From assembly GCA_031835245.2 (NCBI GenBank), contig JAVKOQ020000092.1, positions 62,001-126,000 on the forward strand: 64,000 bases of DNA. Reading direction: 5' to 3'. This document shows, one piece after another, positions 11,157 through 23,695 of this stretch (position 1 is its first letter; each line of letters opens with the position of its first letter). A program made the translations under genes and the position numbers. Below the pieces are notes generated by a model. That model saw only the letters and a program-made list of their open reading frames with translations. It was not told the DNA's origin and searched no databases. Source of the stretch: Balamuthia mandrillaris. Its lineage: Eukaryota.

Positions 11157-14070
11157 ATGCCAACGGTACGCGTGTTGACAGAGTATCGAGAGATGGCCTG
11201 GAAGAACGGCCTGGGCAAGTCCTCAGAGCTGGTTATTCTGCCCCCTCACACCGACTTTAGCAGCTCCCAGTTCATCTTTCGTATTAGTACTTCCACCGTA
11301 AAGTACTCCACCTCCTTCTCGGTGTTTCCTGGCTATGACCGAACCTCTGTGCGGTTGAAGGGAGACAATTTGCTGCTCAAGCACAATTTGTCTGCAAAGG
11401 TCACTTCGGTTGCTCCTTTGGAGCCGTACAGGTTTGTTCTCTGTTCACTCTCCTCTCGCTTCGCTCTCGGTATCTGCTTATGTGCTTTTCTCTCTCTCTC
11501 TCTCTCTCTCGTTCTGTGTTAATAATTCCTTTCTCTTTTCTCGTTCTCTCTTGCCCAACTTTTTTTATGTATGTTGTCTCTGCCTCACTTTTTCGATAGT
11601 TTCAAGGGAGAATGGCAAACAGAAGAGCTGGTCAAGAGCGAAGCCACCGACTTACACATCATTTGTCGCAGAGACAAAGCCAAAGCTGACGTTCACGTCT
11701 TGAACGTCACACCCGATGGCGACACCTCCATTACATTGTACTCTCTTCTTTCGTCTTGCTTTTCTTCTCCTGCTTTGATCTCATCTTCTCATTTTTTTCC
11801 TACAGAGATTGTCAGAGCTCGAACTACATTTATTGCACTCAAAGCAGCGCATTGGTGCACATCGGCACAAAAACGGGACACACCGTACTCTTACATGAGG
11901 GCCACACTTTGGAGTTGAGCGTGTTGGAGGAGGAAGATAGCTTCCCTATTTTCTTTGAGCCTTATACACCGAGCGAAGAAGAAGGAAAAGGAGGAGAAGA
12001 AGCTAAAGAAAAGGAGCAACAGCAACCAGAAGAAAAACAGAAAGAAAGAGTTAACGCCACGTTCGTATCATGCATTCTTTTTTTTTTTTACTTTCAAAAC
12101 TTTGTGCTTTGTGCTTTCTTACACCAAACAACGAATAGGTTGGTGGTTATTCAAGTCGCTTCGATAGGAAATGGCGAAGAGACCCCGCGAACGCACGAGG
12201 AAGTGGACCGAGTAACCTCTCTCCCCAACATTAGTCTAACCTATGACATGTCCGCTCTGTGGAAGATTTGGAGTCTTGGCGAGGAGGAAGCAGCTTCTTC
12301 TTCGCAAGCACTCTCTCCTCCAGTTCAGCATCAGCAGAAAAGTCTAACCAATATGAGGAAGATGATGAGAGCAAACTCGGTCGTGTTTGAGCAGGCGGGG
12401 CCGGCGCAGAGATACGTGCCACCCAGTCTGAGAAGCCGTTTCCGAGCGGAGAGCGAGGCTCCCCCTGCTGAAACCAAGGACAGTCTCGACATTCGCGACT
12501 TTCCTAAAGGTTCGTTTAAGACGATATCGTTTCTATTTTTTTCTGTTTTGTAACGTAAAAGCTAAAAATCTCTCTTTCTCTCTCCTCCTCCCTCTATTTT
12601 GTTCTCTTCATTGTTTGCGTATAGGTGAAGTCCGTTCAGCATGGATCAATATGGTATTATCATTAAACCCTTATTTCTTGTTTTTTTCTCTTTCTTCCTT
12701 TTGCTTCTAACTTTAAACATCAAAACAAAGTTCCGTTCTGGGTTGAGTGATTGGGTTAGAGTACCAGTATTGGTCGCCCGGGGACGAGAGGAAGGACCTG
12801 TGCTCGGTGTCACTGCCGCTGTTCACGGCAACGAACTTAACGGTGTACCTTGTATTCACAGGTTTCTCCTTTTCTCTTCTCTCTTCTTCTTGTTCTTCTT
12901 GCTTCTTCTTCTTGTTCTTCTTCTTCTTCTTCTTCTTCTTGTTCGTCGTCTTCTTCTTCTTCTTCTTCTTGTTCTTCTTCTTCTTCTTCTTCTTCTTCTT
13001 CTTCTTCTTGTTCTTCTTCTTCTTCTTCTTCTTCTTCTTCTTCTTCTTCTTCTTCTTCTTCTTCTTCTTCTTCTTCTTCTTCTCTAGCTTTCTAACCCAA
13101 AAAAAAACCACAGGGTCATTTCAGCAATCGATGTGAATGTATTGAAAGGTACAGTGGTTGGCGTACCCTGCGTCAACATAACGGGCTATCTCAACTGCAC
13201 CAGGACCTTCATGGATGGAGTGGATCTCAACCGCCGCTTCCCCGGCAACAAGAATGGACTTCCCTCCGATATCTTCTGCGCCAACTTCATGGAGAAGATC
13301 GTCAAGCCCAACTTCACGCATCTGATAGACTTGCACACCGCCAGCTTTGGCCGCATCAACTCTTACTATGTCAGAGCGGACTTGAATGATGAGGACAGCA
13401 AGCATATGGCTTTGTTGCAGGGACCTCAGATTGTCCTTCATGATGGTGGTCATTCTGGTTAGTTGCTTCTTCTTGCCTTCATTCCTTCTTTTTTCTTTAG
13501 TGCTCTCTCTGAGAGCTTTTTTGTTCCTCTTTTTCTTATCGTTTTAACAATGAAAACAACAATAGGAACGTTAAGAGGAGCAGCATCAGCTTTGGGCATC
13601 AAAGCCATTACCGTTGAAATCGGAAACCCACAGCAGCTCCAAGATAAGTTGGTGCAATGGTCCACCGCCGGTATCATGAACGTCATGGACTATTACAACA
13701 TGTTCAGCATCGAGGTTACTCCTCTCTCTCTTGTGCTTTTACCCACAAAACAAAAAAAAAAAAACAGCATAAACAAGAGACCTGCAGACGGCCAACGATA
13801 TGCAACCACGGCTACTGGATGTACACCAAAGGGGGCGGCCTCCTGGAGGTCTACCCCGGCGTCAACATGCTGGTCAAGAAGGGGGACCTAGTGGCCCGCC
13901 TCAAGAACATCTTTGGCAACTACATCGAGACCTACTTTGCGGAGCACGACGGCGTGGTCATCGGACGAAGCTCCAACCCTGTGGCCAGCGCCGGCTCCCG
14001 CATCCTCCACCTCGGCCTTGTCTACGATGGCAAGTCCCCGCTGGGAGCGGCCGGCCATGAGAACTACTGA
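11157..14070 (+). CDS. HutD-domain / succinylglutamate desuccinylase-aspartoacylase (AstE/AspA, M14-like) fusion protein (multi-exon)
   Basis: N-terminal [32 protein letters not shown] is the HutD signature. The C-terminal part has [28 protein letters not shown] and ITVEIGNP, then an AstE/AspA-type C-terminal barrel. It ends GHENY*. Confidence 0.85.
12880..13083 (+). repeat. (TTC)n intronic microsatellite
   Basis: Visible directly between donor CAG|GTTTCT (~12862) and acceptor CACAG (~13113). Confidence 0.9.
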
Positions 14071-14082
14071 GCCGACGAGTGT

Positions 14083-14127
<45 letters not shown>

Positions 14128-14213
14128 TTCTCCGAGCTCTCCACTAAATTAAAAGGGCCTCACAGCTGCCATGTACCTATTTACATGCGCCCAACACAAG
14201 TATGAGTATGTTG

Positions 14214-14247
<34 letters not shown>

Positions 14248-14610
14248 AGAGAAGAGACCCAAAGGTATCTCTGTAGTGCGGTGAGGAGAGTGAAAAAAAG
14301 AGAAATACAGCGAGACCGAATGTTCCAATGCGTGCTTGTATCGTGGGCAGCCTCCTCTCTCGGCGATTTTCCTTTAACGAGGGGTTATTATCGAGGAATA
14401 TTACCTAATTTACGAATCTTCCGAAGAGGCGGACCAATGGGAGAATTGTACGCGCTTAAAAGGAAAGCTAAACTCCGAAGGGCCAATGAGCGGGCCCGCC
14501 GGAAGGGGTATTAAAAAGCATCATATGCGGCGAGAGAACTGTTCCCTTTTCGCAGATTTGACTTTATTGTTGTTGCATCGGTTTCGGTGTTAACGACCAA
14601 CAACACTGCT

Positions 14611-14641
<31 letters not shown>

Positions 14642-14714
14642 TTTGTAACACGGGAGTAACCCAGGTTGCACCAAACGTAAAGCCACACACAACTGGTCCA
14701 TAACAAACAAAAAA

Positions 14715-16093
14715 ATGGTTTCCTGTTCCAACTGTAGACAAGCCCATGCGGCTTGTGATAGTGGTTTGTTATCCCTTCATTCTTTCTTGGGTTTTATGGG
14801 TTATTAAATGTTTTTTTTATTTTAAACGTAAATGGCAGGCCGCCCATGTCGCCGTTGCATCACCGTTGGAAAGTCGGAAACGTGTCGGGACGCGGAGGTG
14901 AAAAAGCGGGGCCGGAAACCCTCTATCAAACTGGGTCCCTCCACCCACTTTGCCGCTGCTCCCACGTTTCCGGTCACGTCCTCAACCTGTTCCACACCTT
15001 CGTCTCCTTCTTCCAACCAACACCGTCAGTGGCTGCCTTCGGTCTCTTCCCTGTCCCCTTTCTTTCCTTTTGGAGCATGTTCATCGGCAACCTCTTCACC
15101 TTTGTCTGCTTCTTGCGAGAATGAGGAACAACAAGCAGGAGAAGAGTACGAGGAGGGTGATGAAACCCAACCGGAAGACAAGGAGACAACAGTGGAGAAA
15201 CAAGACGAAGCTCCAAAAAAACGAGAGCCAGAAGAGGCACAGCTACACAACAAACAGCGGCCACGGAAGAGGGCAAAGCCATCTGAAAAAAGAATGCAAT
15301 GCTCAGCATCGAGGATTTCCTCCAAAGGTTCGTTCTTTTATTAAGAGGCGTATGAGTTTCAGTTATCCTGATGTGGTTCTGTTACTTTCAACAAAATATA
15401 GAAGGCAGAGACACCACACAACTTCAAAACAACCCTTTGTTCTATCCGCACTACTACGAACAACGAATGCTGGAAGAGAGGAATCATTTGCTTTGGTCCT
15501 TCACTCTGATGTTGCGTGAGCACTCGGAGGAAACGAAAAGAAACATAGCGGACCTCGTTGCTGGTTTCCGGCGAGACACCTTCGCCTTGCGTTCCGAGGT
15601 GGAGCAGTTGCGGCAGCAACAGTCTTTTCTTCTTTCTTACATTTCACAACAACAAAGTTCTCCCGCCTGCTCTTCTTCTTCTGCATCGCACACTTTCTCC
15701 TTTGGTGAAGGAAAAGACCGCAGGCTATTGGCAGAGTTTATGATGGAGATGTTCTCTCAGAAGCGGAGTCACGAAGGTGAGCAGAATAGAACGGATGCAG
15801 AAGCTTGTTCGTCCTGCGAGGATGATGCAAGAACTGCTCCTCACTCTCCTTCTGGATGTTCTTCTCCGCTTCCTTCTTCTCATCCATTCTCTTGCGCTTC
15901 TTCTGCTGAAAGCACCGACCCTACTGCCTCGCTCAAAAACATTCTCAACCCAACGGACGCTCATTCCCAACAACGGACGCCTGCTTCTTCACATTCCTCA
16001 TTCACTTTTCACATCCCAAAACCGCTTCCTTCCTCTGACTCGCTTCTTCGGCCGCATCTCCAACAAACATCTCCTGATATCAATTGTGTGTAA
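14715..16093 (+). CDS. Zn(II)2Cys6 (GAL4-like) transcription factor (3 exons)
   Basis: A short first exon missed by the ORF track (ATG 14715, MVSCSNCRQAHAACDS) splices to GRPCRRCITVGKSETCRDAEVKKRGRKP. This gives six Cys in binuclear-cluster spacing, followed by a basic tail and a coiled-coil. Confidence 0.85.
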
Positions 16094-16138
16094 AACAACC
16101 ATGTACTTCATTGCTATTTAAATAGGGAATAACCCACT

Positions 16139-19100
16139 TCACTTCTTTTTGTTTTGAGCAGCACTCTTCTGTGGTTTCGTTGTTGCCGTTTTCGCTGCTG
16201 GAGTTGAAGTTGTTGGTGGTTTTTTCTTTATCGTTGCCGTCGCCATCATTTGTTGGAGTTGTTGCCAGTAATGCTCTTGCGTGGGGTCTATATGAGCGGC
16301 AGCAGCCATCAAACGACGTGCCTGTGTGGTTGCTTTTCCTAAACGTGCCAATTGACCTAAACTGCTGTATCCTTCTGAAAACGTTCCATTCACATCCTAA
16401 AAGAAAAAACAACGTCATTTAAAATAGATGGGGCAAAGAGCAGTAAGCATGTAGAGAGTAAACAAAAAAAAGCTAGAGGAGAGAGAGAAGGAAGAGGAAG
16501 AGGACTGAAAGAGTACCAGTTCGTAAAGGATGTCGCTTTCCCAAGAAGCGTAGTCTTTCAGCTCTTTTGCAGTTTGCGCAAGGAAATAGTTGACCAGTTT
16601 AAGCTCGTATTCTTTGTGTTTCTTTGGTGGAGGTGCTTCGTCGTCTTTCTCCTTCTCTTTCTCTTTCTCTTTCTCTTTTTGTGTTTCTGCAGCTTTTTTC
16701 TTTTGTTGAGCTGTTGGTGTTGTGGCGGTAGAAGGTGCCGGAGATGCCTTTTGATCTTTTTCTTGTGGTTGTTGTTGTTGTTGTTTGGCCTTTGGGTGAA
16801 GGACAGCTGCGAGGTTGGGATGGTTGTAACGTAATGTTTTCGTGAGACTAATTTTGGCTTTCTTAAAATCGCGAGCATAGTAATAAATAATTCCTGCAAT
16901 ATCACCACGTTAAATAAATGCAGATAAGGAAATAACACACAAGAGGAATGAAAAAAAAGCTAAATGATAACAGCAAGGAAGAGAAGCAAGATTATAACCT
17001 TGAAGCAACAAAGCAATAGGTTGCTTGTCCTGAGTCTTTACCGCACGAAACGCTTGCACCTGCGCTTCCTTCAACATCTCCGACTCGTAGTATAACTTAC
17101 TCAACCGCAAGAGATTGACAAAGTCGTGCTGCCGTTGTGTTGAGCTGTTTTGTTGAGAAATTCTTCCGGTGACTTCGAAGCACTGAATGAGACACGCTTC
17201 TGCCGCTTTGCTTGACCCGGAATGAGCATAAAGATGACTCATTTCCGTTAATACAAGCAGCAAAGCTTCATCCGCATCATTCGCTGCCTCTGTCTCCATT
17301 TCTTTCTCTGACGGTGATGAAGAAGACGGAAGTCGATAGAAGCGTTGATAGAATCGGATGGCTTGCTTGTAGGCTTGAAGAGCTTCCTCTATACTATTTT
17401 CTTTAGCCTTGTTGTCACACAGAAGAGCTCTGGCGAGTTGTCGATAGGTCATCACTCCGATAGCGACATTGTCATTCTTCTTGTTGTTTTCAAATCTTTC
17501 AACGAGCTCTCGGGCCATCTTCAATCCCTTTTCTTTGTACTCTCTTTGTCGTCGATGCAACAAACCGTCACAGAGAGATAATTGCAATGTCTCCAAACGA
17601 TAATCGCCGTCATTGACTTCTCCTTTCTTTTGTTGTTGACAAAACTGGTCTATGACTTGTTGAAGAAGACGACACGCAGCATTCCATCGATCTTCTTTTT
17701 CGGAGAGAGCAGCTTGAGAGTAGGCTGCCAAAGCTAAGAGGTACCATCCTTCACTGTTTTGCTCAAAGCTAGGATTCATGACGACCTGGCTTTGAAGAGC
17801 GCAGAGAGCTTCTTTGAGGGCGGCCATCGCGTGAAGCGAGGTGCTCTCTCTGCGTTCGCCAGTGATCACGTTGCCGGTTGCGTTGGGGGCAATGAGAGGT
17901 CCTCTTCCATAAAATAATAGAGATAAAGCCAACAATTCTTTTCGTTGTTTTGTGGCCTAGTTGTTGTTCAAAAACATTTGTCAATAATAAAGGCAAACTA
18001 AACTAATGAAGAAATAAAGAAAGTGAAAGGAAAGAGACCTGTTGAGACCCTAATGCTTGATTAAGGTTGCTATAATTGAGGGCAAGGGCATAGACATCCT
18101 CAGAAGTAAGTTCGCCAGAAGGACAATCCCTCAGCACGAACTCTCCAAATGCATTCCACACTTGATCGTCGCCTGGATAAAGATGAATCGCTTTGCACAT
18201 ATGTCTTTTGGCCTCTGCTCGCTTTCCTTGTTGTACCGCGATGGCAGCCAACATATGATAGCTTTCTGCAGTCGGTCCCTCCACTTGAACAAGCCTATGA
18301 AGAGCCTTTTCAGCGGCAGCATAGTCCTGTATGACAAGTCCCAGTGCGCTCATTTGTTTCCATCCTAATGCATAGTCTTTGTCGCGTTGGAGACTTTGAA
18401 AAAAAAAATAGTAAGATTTTCAGCGTGATGAGAGAAGAGGAGGAAGAGTAGAGACAAGGAGAAGCGAAAAGAGGAAAGAAGAAATAATGGTACCATTGAA
18501 TAATGTATTGTTTGGCAGCGTCGATATTGTGGCGGTAGTAACTTATTTGAGACAGAAGTAAAAGTGTCTTTTTGTGCATCTTCTCTGCTGCAGCTGAAGA
18601 AGATTGCTGTAACTGCTGAAGAGTGTTCAGCACATCTTCGTAACATTGTTGGCTCGCTTCCAACTGTCCTTTTGCAAAGTAGACAGCGCCCATTTCCCTC
18701 TGCAACTTACAAAAGTCTAAAGAGTTGGGGGCTGATTTCTGCAGAGTTGCCACTTGCTTCTCGTACAAGTTGCAACTTTCTTCCAGTCGACCAAGTCTTG
18801 ATTATGTTGAAAAAAAATTAGTGAACAAGGATACAAACAAACAAAAAGAAGACAATAATAAAAAAAATGAGTACTCACTTTCGAAGAATGCGGGCCATAT
18901 TCCACGCCACAGCAACTTCCATTTCAGGTACCGTCTTTTCGCTGATGCTAGCAGAATAAAAGGAAGGAATAGAGAACGAAATGGAGCGCTGAAGATTTGA
19001 GACCCCATCAGAAGAAGAGCCAAAGGACACTTGTCCTCTGTCTTTCCCGAAGATTTGCAATAGCTGCAAAGCTCTAGAATAGCTTTGGTGGGCCTGAGAG

Positions 19101-21194
19101 AACAGGTTAAGGCGCTCTTGAACAATCCCAAGAATGTTCCAAGCCCCTGCTGAGCTCAAAGGAGAACATTGGACGTATCGTTGAAGCGCAACACGAGCCT
19201 CGTTGAAGTTTCCAAGAAGGAAGCAAGTGTAACCCATCGCTAACTCTGTTGAAGCCTTTTGTGTGGTGGAAAGTTATGATAAGAATAGTAAGCGAAAATG
19301 AGAGCGAGAGGGGAGAGGGAGAGTATAGTAACGTACAGTATTATCAGGCAGATTTCTGGCCTCAGCAAAGGAAGAAACAGCGGCATCCAAAAATGAAGCA
19401 GAAGAGGCATGGAGAGGATGAGCGGCTGGGTCTCCTTTCAACTCTTTCCTACGTTGCTCCTGATAGTGTTGCAAAGAAAGAAGACCATGTCCAAACCAAG
19501 TAGCAGCTATGTCCGGATTCTTGGATTGTGCTGTGGTGAATGCCTTGTCTGCAAGATCTAAGTGGCCGTTCGCCAAGTACAACATCGCCAGATGACTCCA
19601 TGCTTCTGCGTCCTTTGTTTGGTTGTGTGTGTGTTTTTTTTTTTTTTTGTTATAAATGAGAAAAGAGAAGGGAAGAAGAGCAGAAAGAGAACGAGCAAAG
19701 AGAAAAATGGCATACATTCTCGTTAAGTTGCAGAGCTTGGATGAAGGCATGCTGACTCAAGGGAAGATCAGACGATTCCAGAATGGTGCCAAGCGCTTTC
19801 CAATAGGTAGGGCTGTCTGGATTTATGCGAACCGCTTGTTTCATTTGTTCCACGCTTCTTTTCAATAATTCTGACGCAGTAGTCTCTAGTTCTGTCTTTT
19901 TAGCAGAAGCAAGTATTCCGCTTGTCCAATTGGATTGATAGTAGAGGTTTACAGCCAAATCGTGATGAAGTGCAGCAACAGTTGCATTGGAGGTAACAGG
20001 TTTGCCGGTGTGCGATGACGCAGGAGAAAGGGACAACGCTTTTTCATAGGCTTCATGTCCTTTTTGAAGCATGCCCAATCGTTTGAGTTGTGCTTGTCTT
20101 ACATTGTTTGAAGTCCATTCTTGCCATTTACAAGTTGTGTCGTCATCTACCATCTCTCCATCATCACTATCGTTTTTGCTATCGCTGGCGGGATATAGTG
20201 GGAGGTGATGAGTTTGTGAATAGGCATCACCTATTGTTGGGAGTCGTCATCCCTTTAGTAACTTAAAACCAACGACAAAAATAAACCGAAAGAAGAAATA
20301 CAAACCCAATAACTTCCAAATACAAAGCAGATCTTGGCGCAAGTTCAAACAAGTATGAAGAGTTTGACGTGCTTGTGTTAAGTAATTGGCAGCAATAGCC
20401 CAAAAGCCTTCTCTCTGCTTTTCCTTGCTCATCAACAACAACGTCTCCGCCATTCCTTTCATCACCGACAAATATACCATTCTCTGTTCCTCTTTGTTCC
20501 TCCTCTCTTCTGCCGGTTCTTCTGTCCCTTCTTCCTCTTTCATCGATGGGTGACAATCTTGCATGATGCTCTTGAACTGTTGAATGGCTTCCTCTGTCAT
20601 CCCCAACGTTAGTTTTGTTTCTGCAATGGCGTAGCGATAAGTAACCGCAGAAGGTCTCAACTCTACTGCCTTCGAGAACGCTTTCAGCGCCGCCATATAT
20701 TTGCCTTGTCGTATGTAAGCGTCTCCCAGAGCTTTCCAACATACATCATCCTCTGCTTCGTTGTTGTTCAACCGAAGGACGTTCTGCAAGCTGCGAGCGG
20801 CCTCCTCGTACCTTCCTTTGCGCAACTGGTGCATGCCTAGCTTTCTCCAAGCCCAATCAGCACGGGTGCTATGAGAGGTCACTTCCAACCACAAACGAAC
20901 GGCCAGGGAGTATTCTCTCTCGTTGTTGGAACTCTCATAGAGTTGGCTGAGAGCGATGCCGGCCTCTCGTTCAGTTGGATTCAGATTGAGTGCTTTTTGG
21001 TAGCACCGTTTGGCGCTGAGCTCATCCTTCTCCACTTCTTGGTAGTATTTTCCGAGGTAAACAAAGTTTCCTGCAAAGTTGGGGTTTAACTTTGCACCAT
21101 GCATGAATTGATACTTGGCGTATTCTTTGTTGGCGCGATGTTCTCCTGTGTTTGTTATGAGTTAAGTATAAGACGAAAGGAAGGAAGGAAGGGA

Positions 21195-21239
<45 letters not shown>

Positions 21240-23412
21240 CCAATTTCCCAATAAGCCCTTCCCAACCAAAAACGATACATGGGTTCTCGATTGTTTGCTT
21301 CGATGGCGAGCAGCAAACGTTTCGCGGAGGCATGATACTTTTGCTGGTTGTAAAAAAGCAATCCTAATTGGAAGAGGGCATCCGCGTTAGTTGGTTCTTG
21401 CTCAATAACGAGCTCATAATACTGAGCAGCTTCGTGCCATTGCTCCTCTTCCGTTGCGATTTTGGCTAAGCCCTGTTCACATAGTAATTGTGTGAGAAAC
21501 AACAATGCAGAGAAAGATAAGGAAAAGAAATAACTAGGAGAAAGATAGCAATAAACAAGAAGAAAGAAAAACCATCAGAGAAACAATGGAAGTAGGCTTT
21601 TGAGCCAAGATATCCTTATAAGCCGCTTTCGCTTCCGGACCTTTGCCAGATCGCTGCAACGCCACCGCTGAGATCAGTCTCAGTTCCAGCTCTAATCTGC
21701 GGAACGTGGCTCCGCTCTCTTTCTCTCTCCGTTGAATGACTTTGAAGCCTTCTTCCACACATTGCAAAGTTCTTTGATGGTGAGCCTTTCGTTGGTATAG
21801 ATCAGCTAGGAAGAGCCATCCGCTAATATCGTCAGTAAAAAGACGAAGAGCAGCTTCGCAGAGTTCAATGGCATCTTCTAATGCTTGTGCCTTTCGTTCT
21901 CGCTCCAAAGCAAGTTGGGTGCGATGATGAGTGGCAGCAACGGAAGAAGAACGCTCCACGAGTAAACGGGCAAAGCATAGCCAACTAATGGGATGGTAAG
22001 GAAAGCTGTGGGTTAAGCATTTGCTTAACTTTGCTGCTTCCTCTTTGCTAACTTCTGGATATTCACAACGTATGAGAGAATGTAAAAGAAAAGAAGGGAA
22101 GAATAGAGATCGGACCTGTGTCATCCTCTTCAGAGGCTAGTAGAAGGTTCTCTAAGGAAAAATGGTCCGTGGGTTGATTGCTCCACATCTCTCTACACTT
22201 TTGCACAATCTGACTGCGCAACGCGATCTTCTTTTCCTGCTCGGTAGCCTGTACCGCGCGCTGTAGTCCTTCCACGTGTTTTCGCCAGTATTCAGCTGTA
22301 TTGGGTATGTTCATCTGCATTATGCTCTGATAGACATTTTCCAACTGAAGAAAACAAAAACAAATGAGAAAGAAAAGAGAGGAGAAGAGAGAGGAGAAAG
22401 CTCTTATTACCTCTTCGCGGGTTGCTTCATCTCTTTCTCCTTTGTTTGACGCCCCAAGTCGTTGTTCTAGCAGCTGGGCGATGGCCTTCCACGCCTCCAG
22501 CTTTCTCTCGTGTTCAACATCCAGTTGCAGGACTTCTTTCCATCGCTCGAGCGCTTTGTTGGCATCGTTTGCTTTCATGAAAGTCTGCGCCAACTTGATG
22601 ATAGTCTCTTCTCTTCGTTTTGGCTTGTCTTCTCTTTATATCCTCACACATTAGAAAAGAAACAAGTAAAGAAGAAAAAGAAGAAGCAGAAGAAGAAGAA
22701 GAAGAAGAAGAAGAAGAAGAAGAAGAAGAAGAAGAAGAAGAAGAAAGAAGAAGAAGAAAGAAGAAGAAGAAGAAGAAGAAGAAAAAGAAGAAGAAAAGAA
22801 GAACAAGAACAAGAACAAGAACAAGAACAAGAACAAGAACAAGAACAAGAACAAGAACAAGAACAAGAAAGGAAGAAGAAGAAGAAGAAGAAGAAGAAGA
22901 AGAAGAAGAAGAAGAAGAAGAAGAAGAAGAAGAAGAAGAAGAAGAAGAAGAAGAAGAACAAGAACAAGAACAAGAAGAACAAGAACAGAAACAAGGCGCA
23001 AAAGAATAGGGCCTGAGATGATACCCATAAAAGCTTTTCAACAGCTCTTCATAAACTTCAGCAAGTTTATCCCACTGTGCAAGCTTTGCATATAACTTTA
23101 CCAATCCCTTTTTTTTTTGAATGTATTCAGTGAGAAAAAGAAGAAGATCAACCAACAAACGGCACGCCAAACCTGCCACGCTAGTAGTTTGGTCGCATCG
23201 ACCTCGATGGCCTTTCTGTAGGCCTGTTCGGACCTGGCGTCTTGCCCCAATTCAGTGGCGGCCACGCCCACGAAGATACAGGCGTTGTAGTTGCTGGGGT
23301 CCAGCGCCAGTGCGGTCTTGCACTGCTTCATGGCCTCTCGCCATTCCTTGTTGTCGATGGCCTCGCGCGCGGCCTTGACCGCGTCACGCAGCTGTTGCTG
23401 CTTGCTCGCCAT
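16139..23412 (-). CDS. SKI3: Superkiller complex protein 3 (Ski3/TTC37), TPR-repeat protein (multi-exon)
   Basis: The N-terminus (AVKAAREAIDNKEWREAMKQCKTALALDPSNYNACIFVGVAATEL..LLAWQG) matches the TTC37 start. Also present are KLNPNFAGNFVYLGKYY..AKRCYQKAL, WAWRKLG and LGDAYIRQGKYMAALKAFSKA, plus many TPRs. Confidence 0.9.
22670..22990 (-). repeat. (GAA)n/(GAACAA)n microsatellite in a Ski3 intron (TTC-rich on the sense strand)
   Basis: Visible directly. Confidence 0.9.
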
Positions 23413-23554
23413 TTCCTTCCTTCGTTGTTGCTCTCTTTCCTTTCTTTTGTTTGTGGGCTTCGTGTTTTCAAGTCGACGCGATTTAAACAGACCACAAATT
23501 GAGCAACCTTCGTGTAGTGTTGATGACGGAGAATTTTCCAAAATATGACATTGT

Positions 23555-23632
23555 TGACGTGGCATGTTTAATTAGGATATCGGGAGATTGAACTGACGTG
23601 AGTTTTGTTGAATTTGGGCAAGTGTGACGTGT
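23555..23632. promoter_or_regulatory. Three TGACGTG (CRE/G-box-like) motifs in the Ski3/elongase divergent promoter
   Basis: TGACGTGG ~23555, TGACGTGA ~23594 and TGACGTGT ~23625 lie within a ~280-bp head-to-head intergenic region. Confidence 0.35.
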
Positions 23633-23695
23633 GCGGGTGTAATGCACTAGTGACCATAATAAAAACAAAAACAACAGGAGAAGCGAACAACAACA

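Noticed and set aside
10573..11260. Long poly-EQ/LV/SC/FL ORFs (also at 12641-13136, 22510-23179, 52999-53870 and 59718-60215)
   Set aside because: These are stop-free readings of intronic microsatellites, not proteins.
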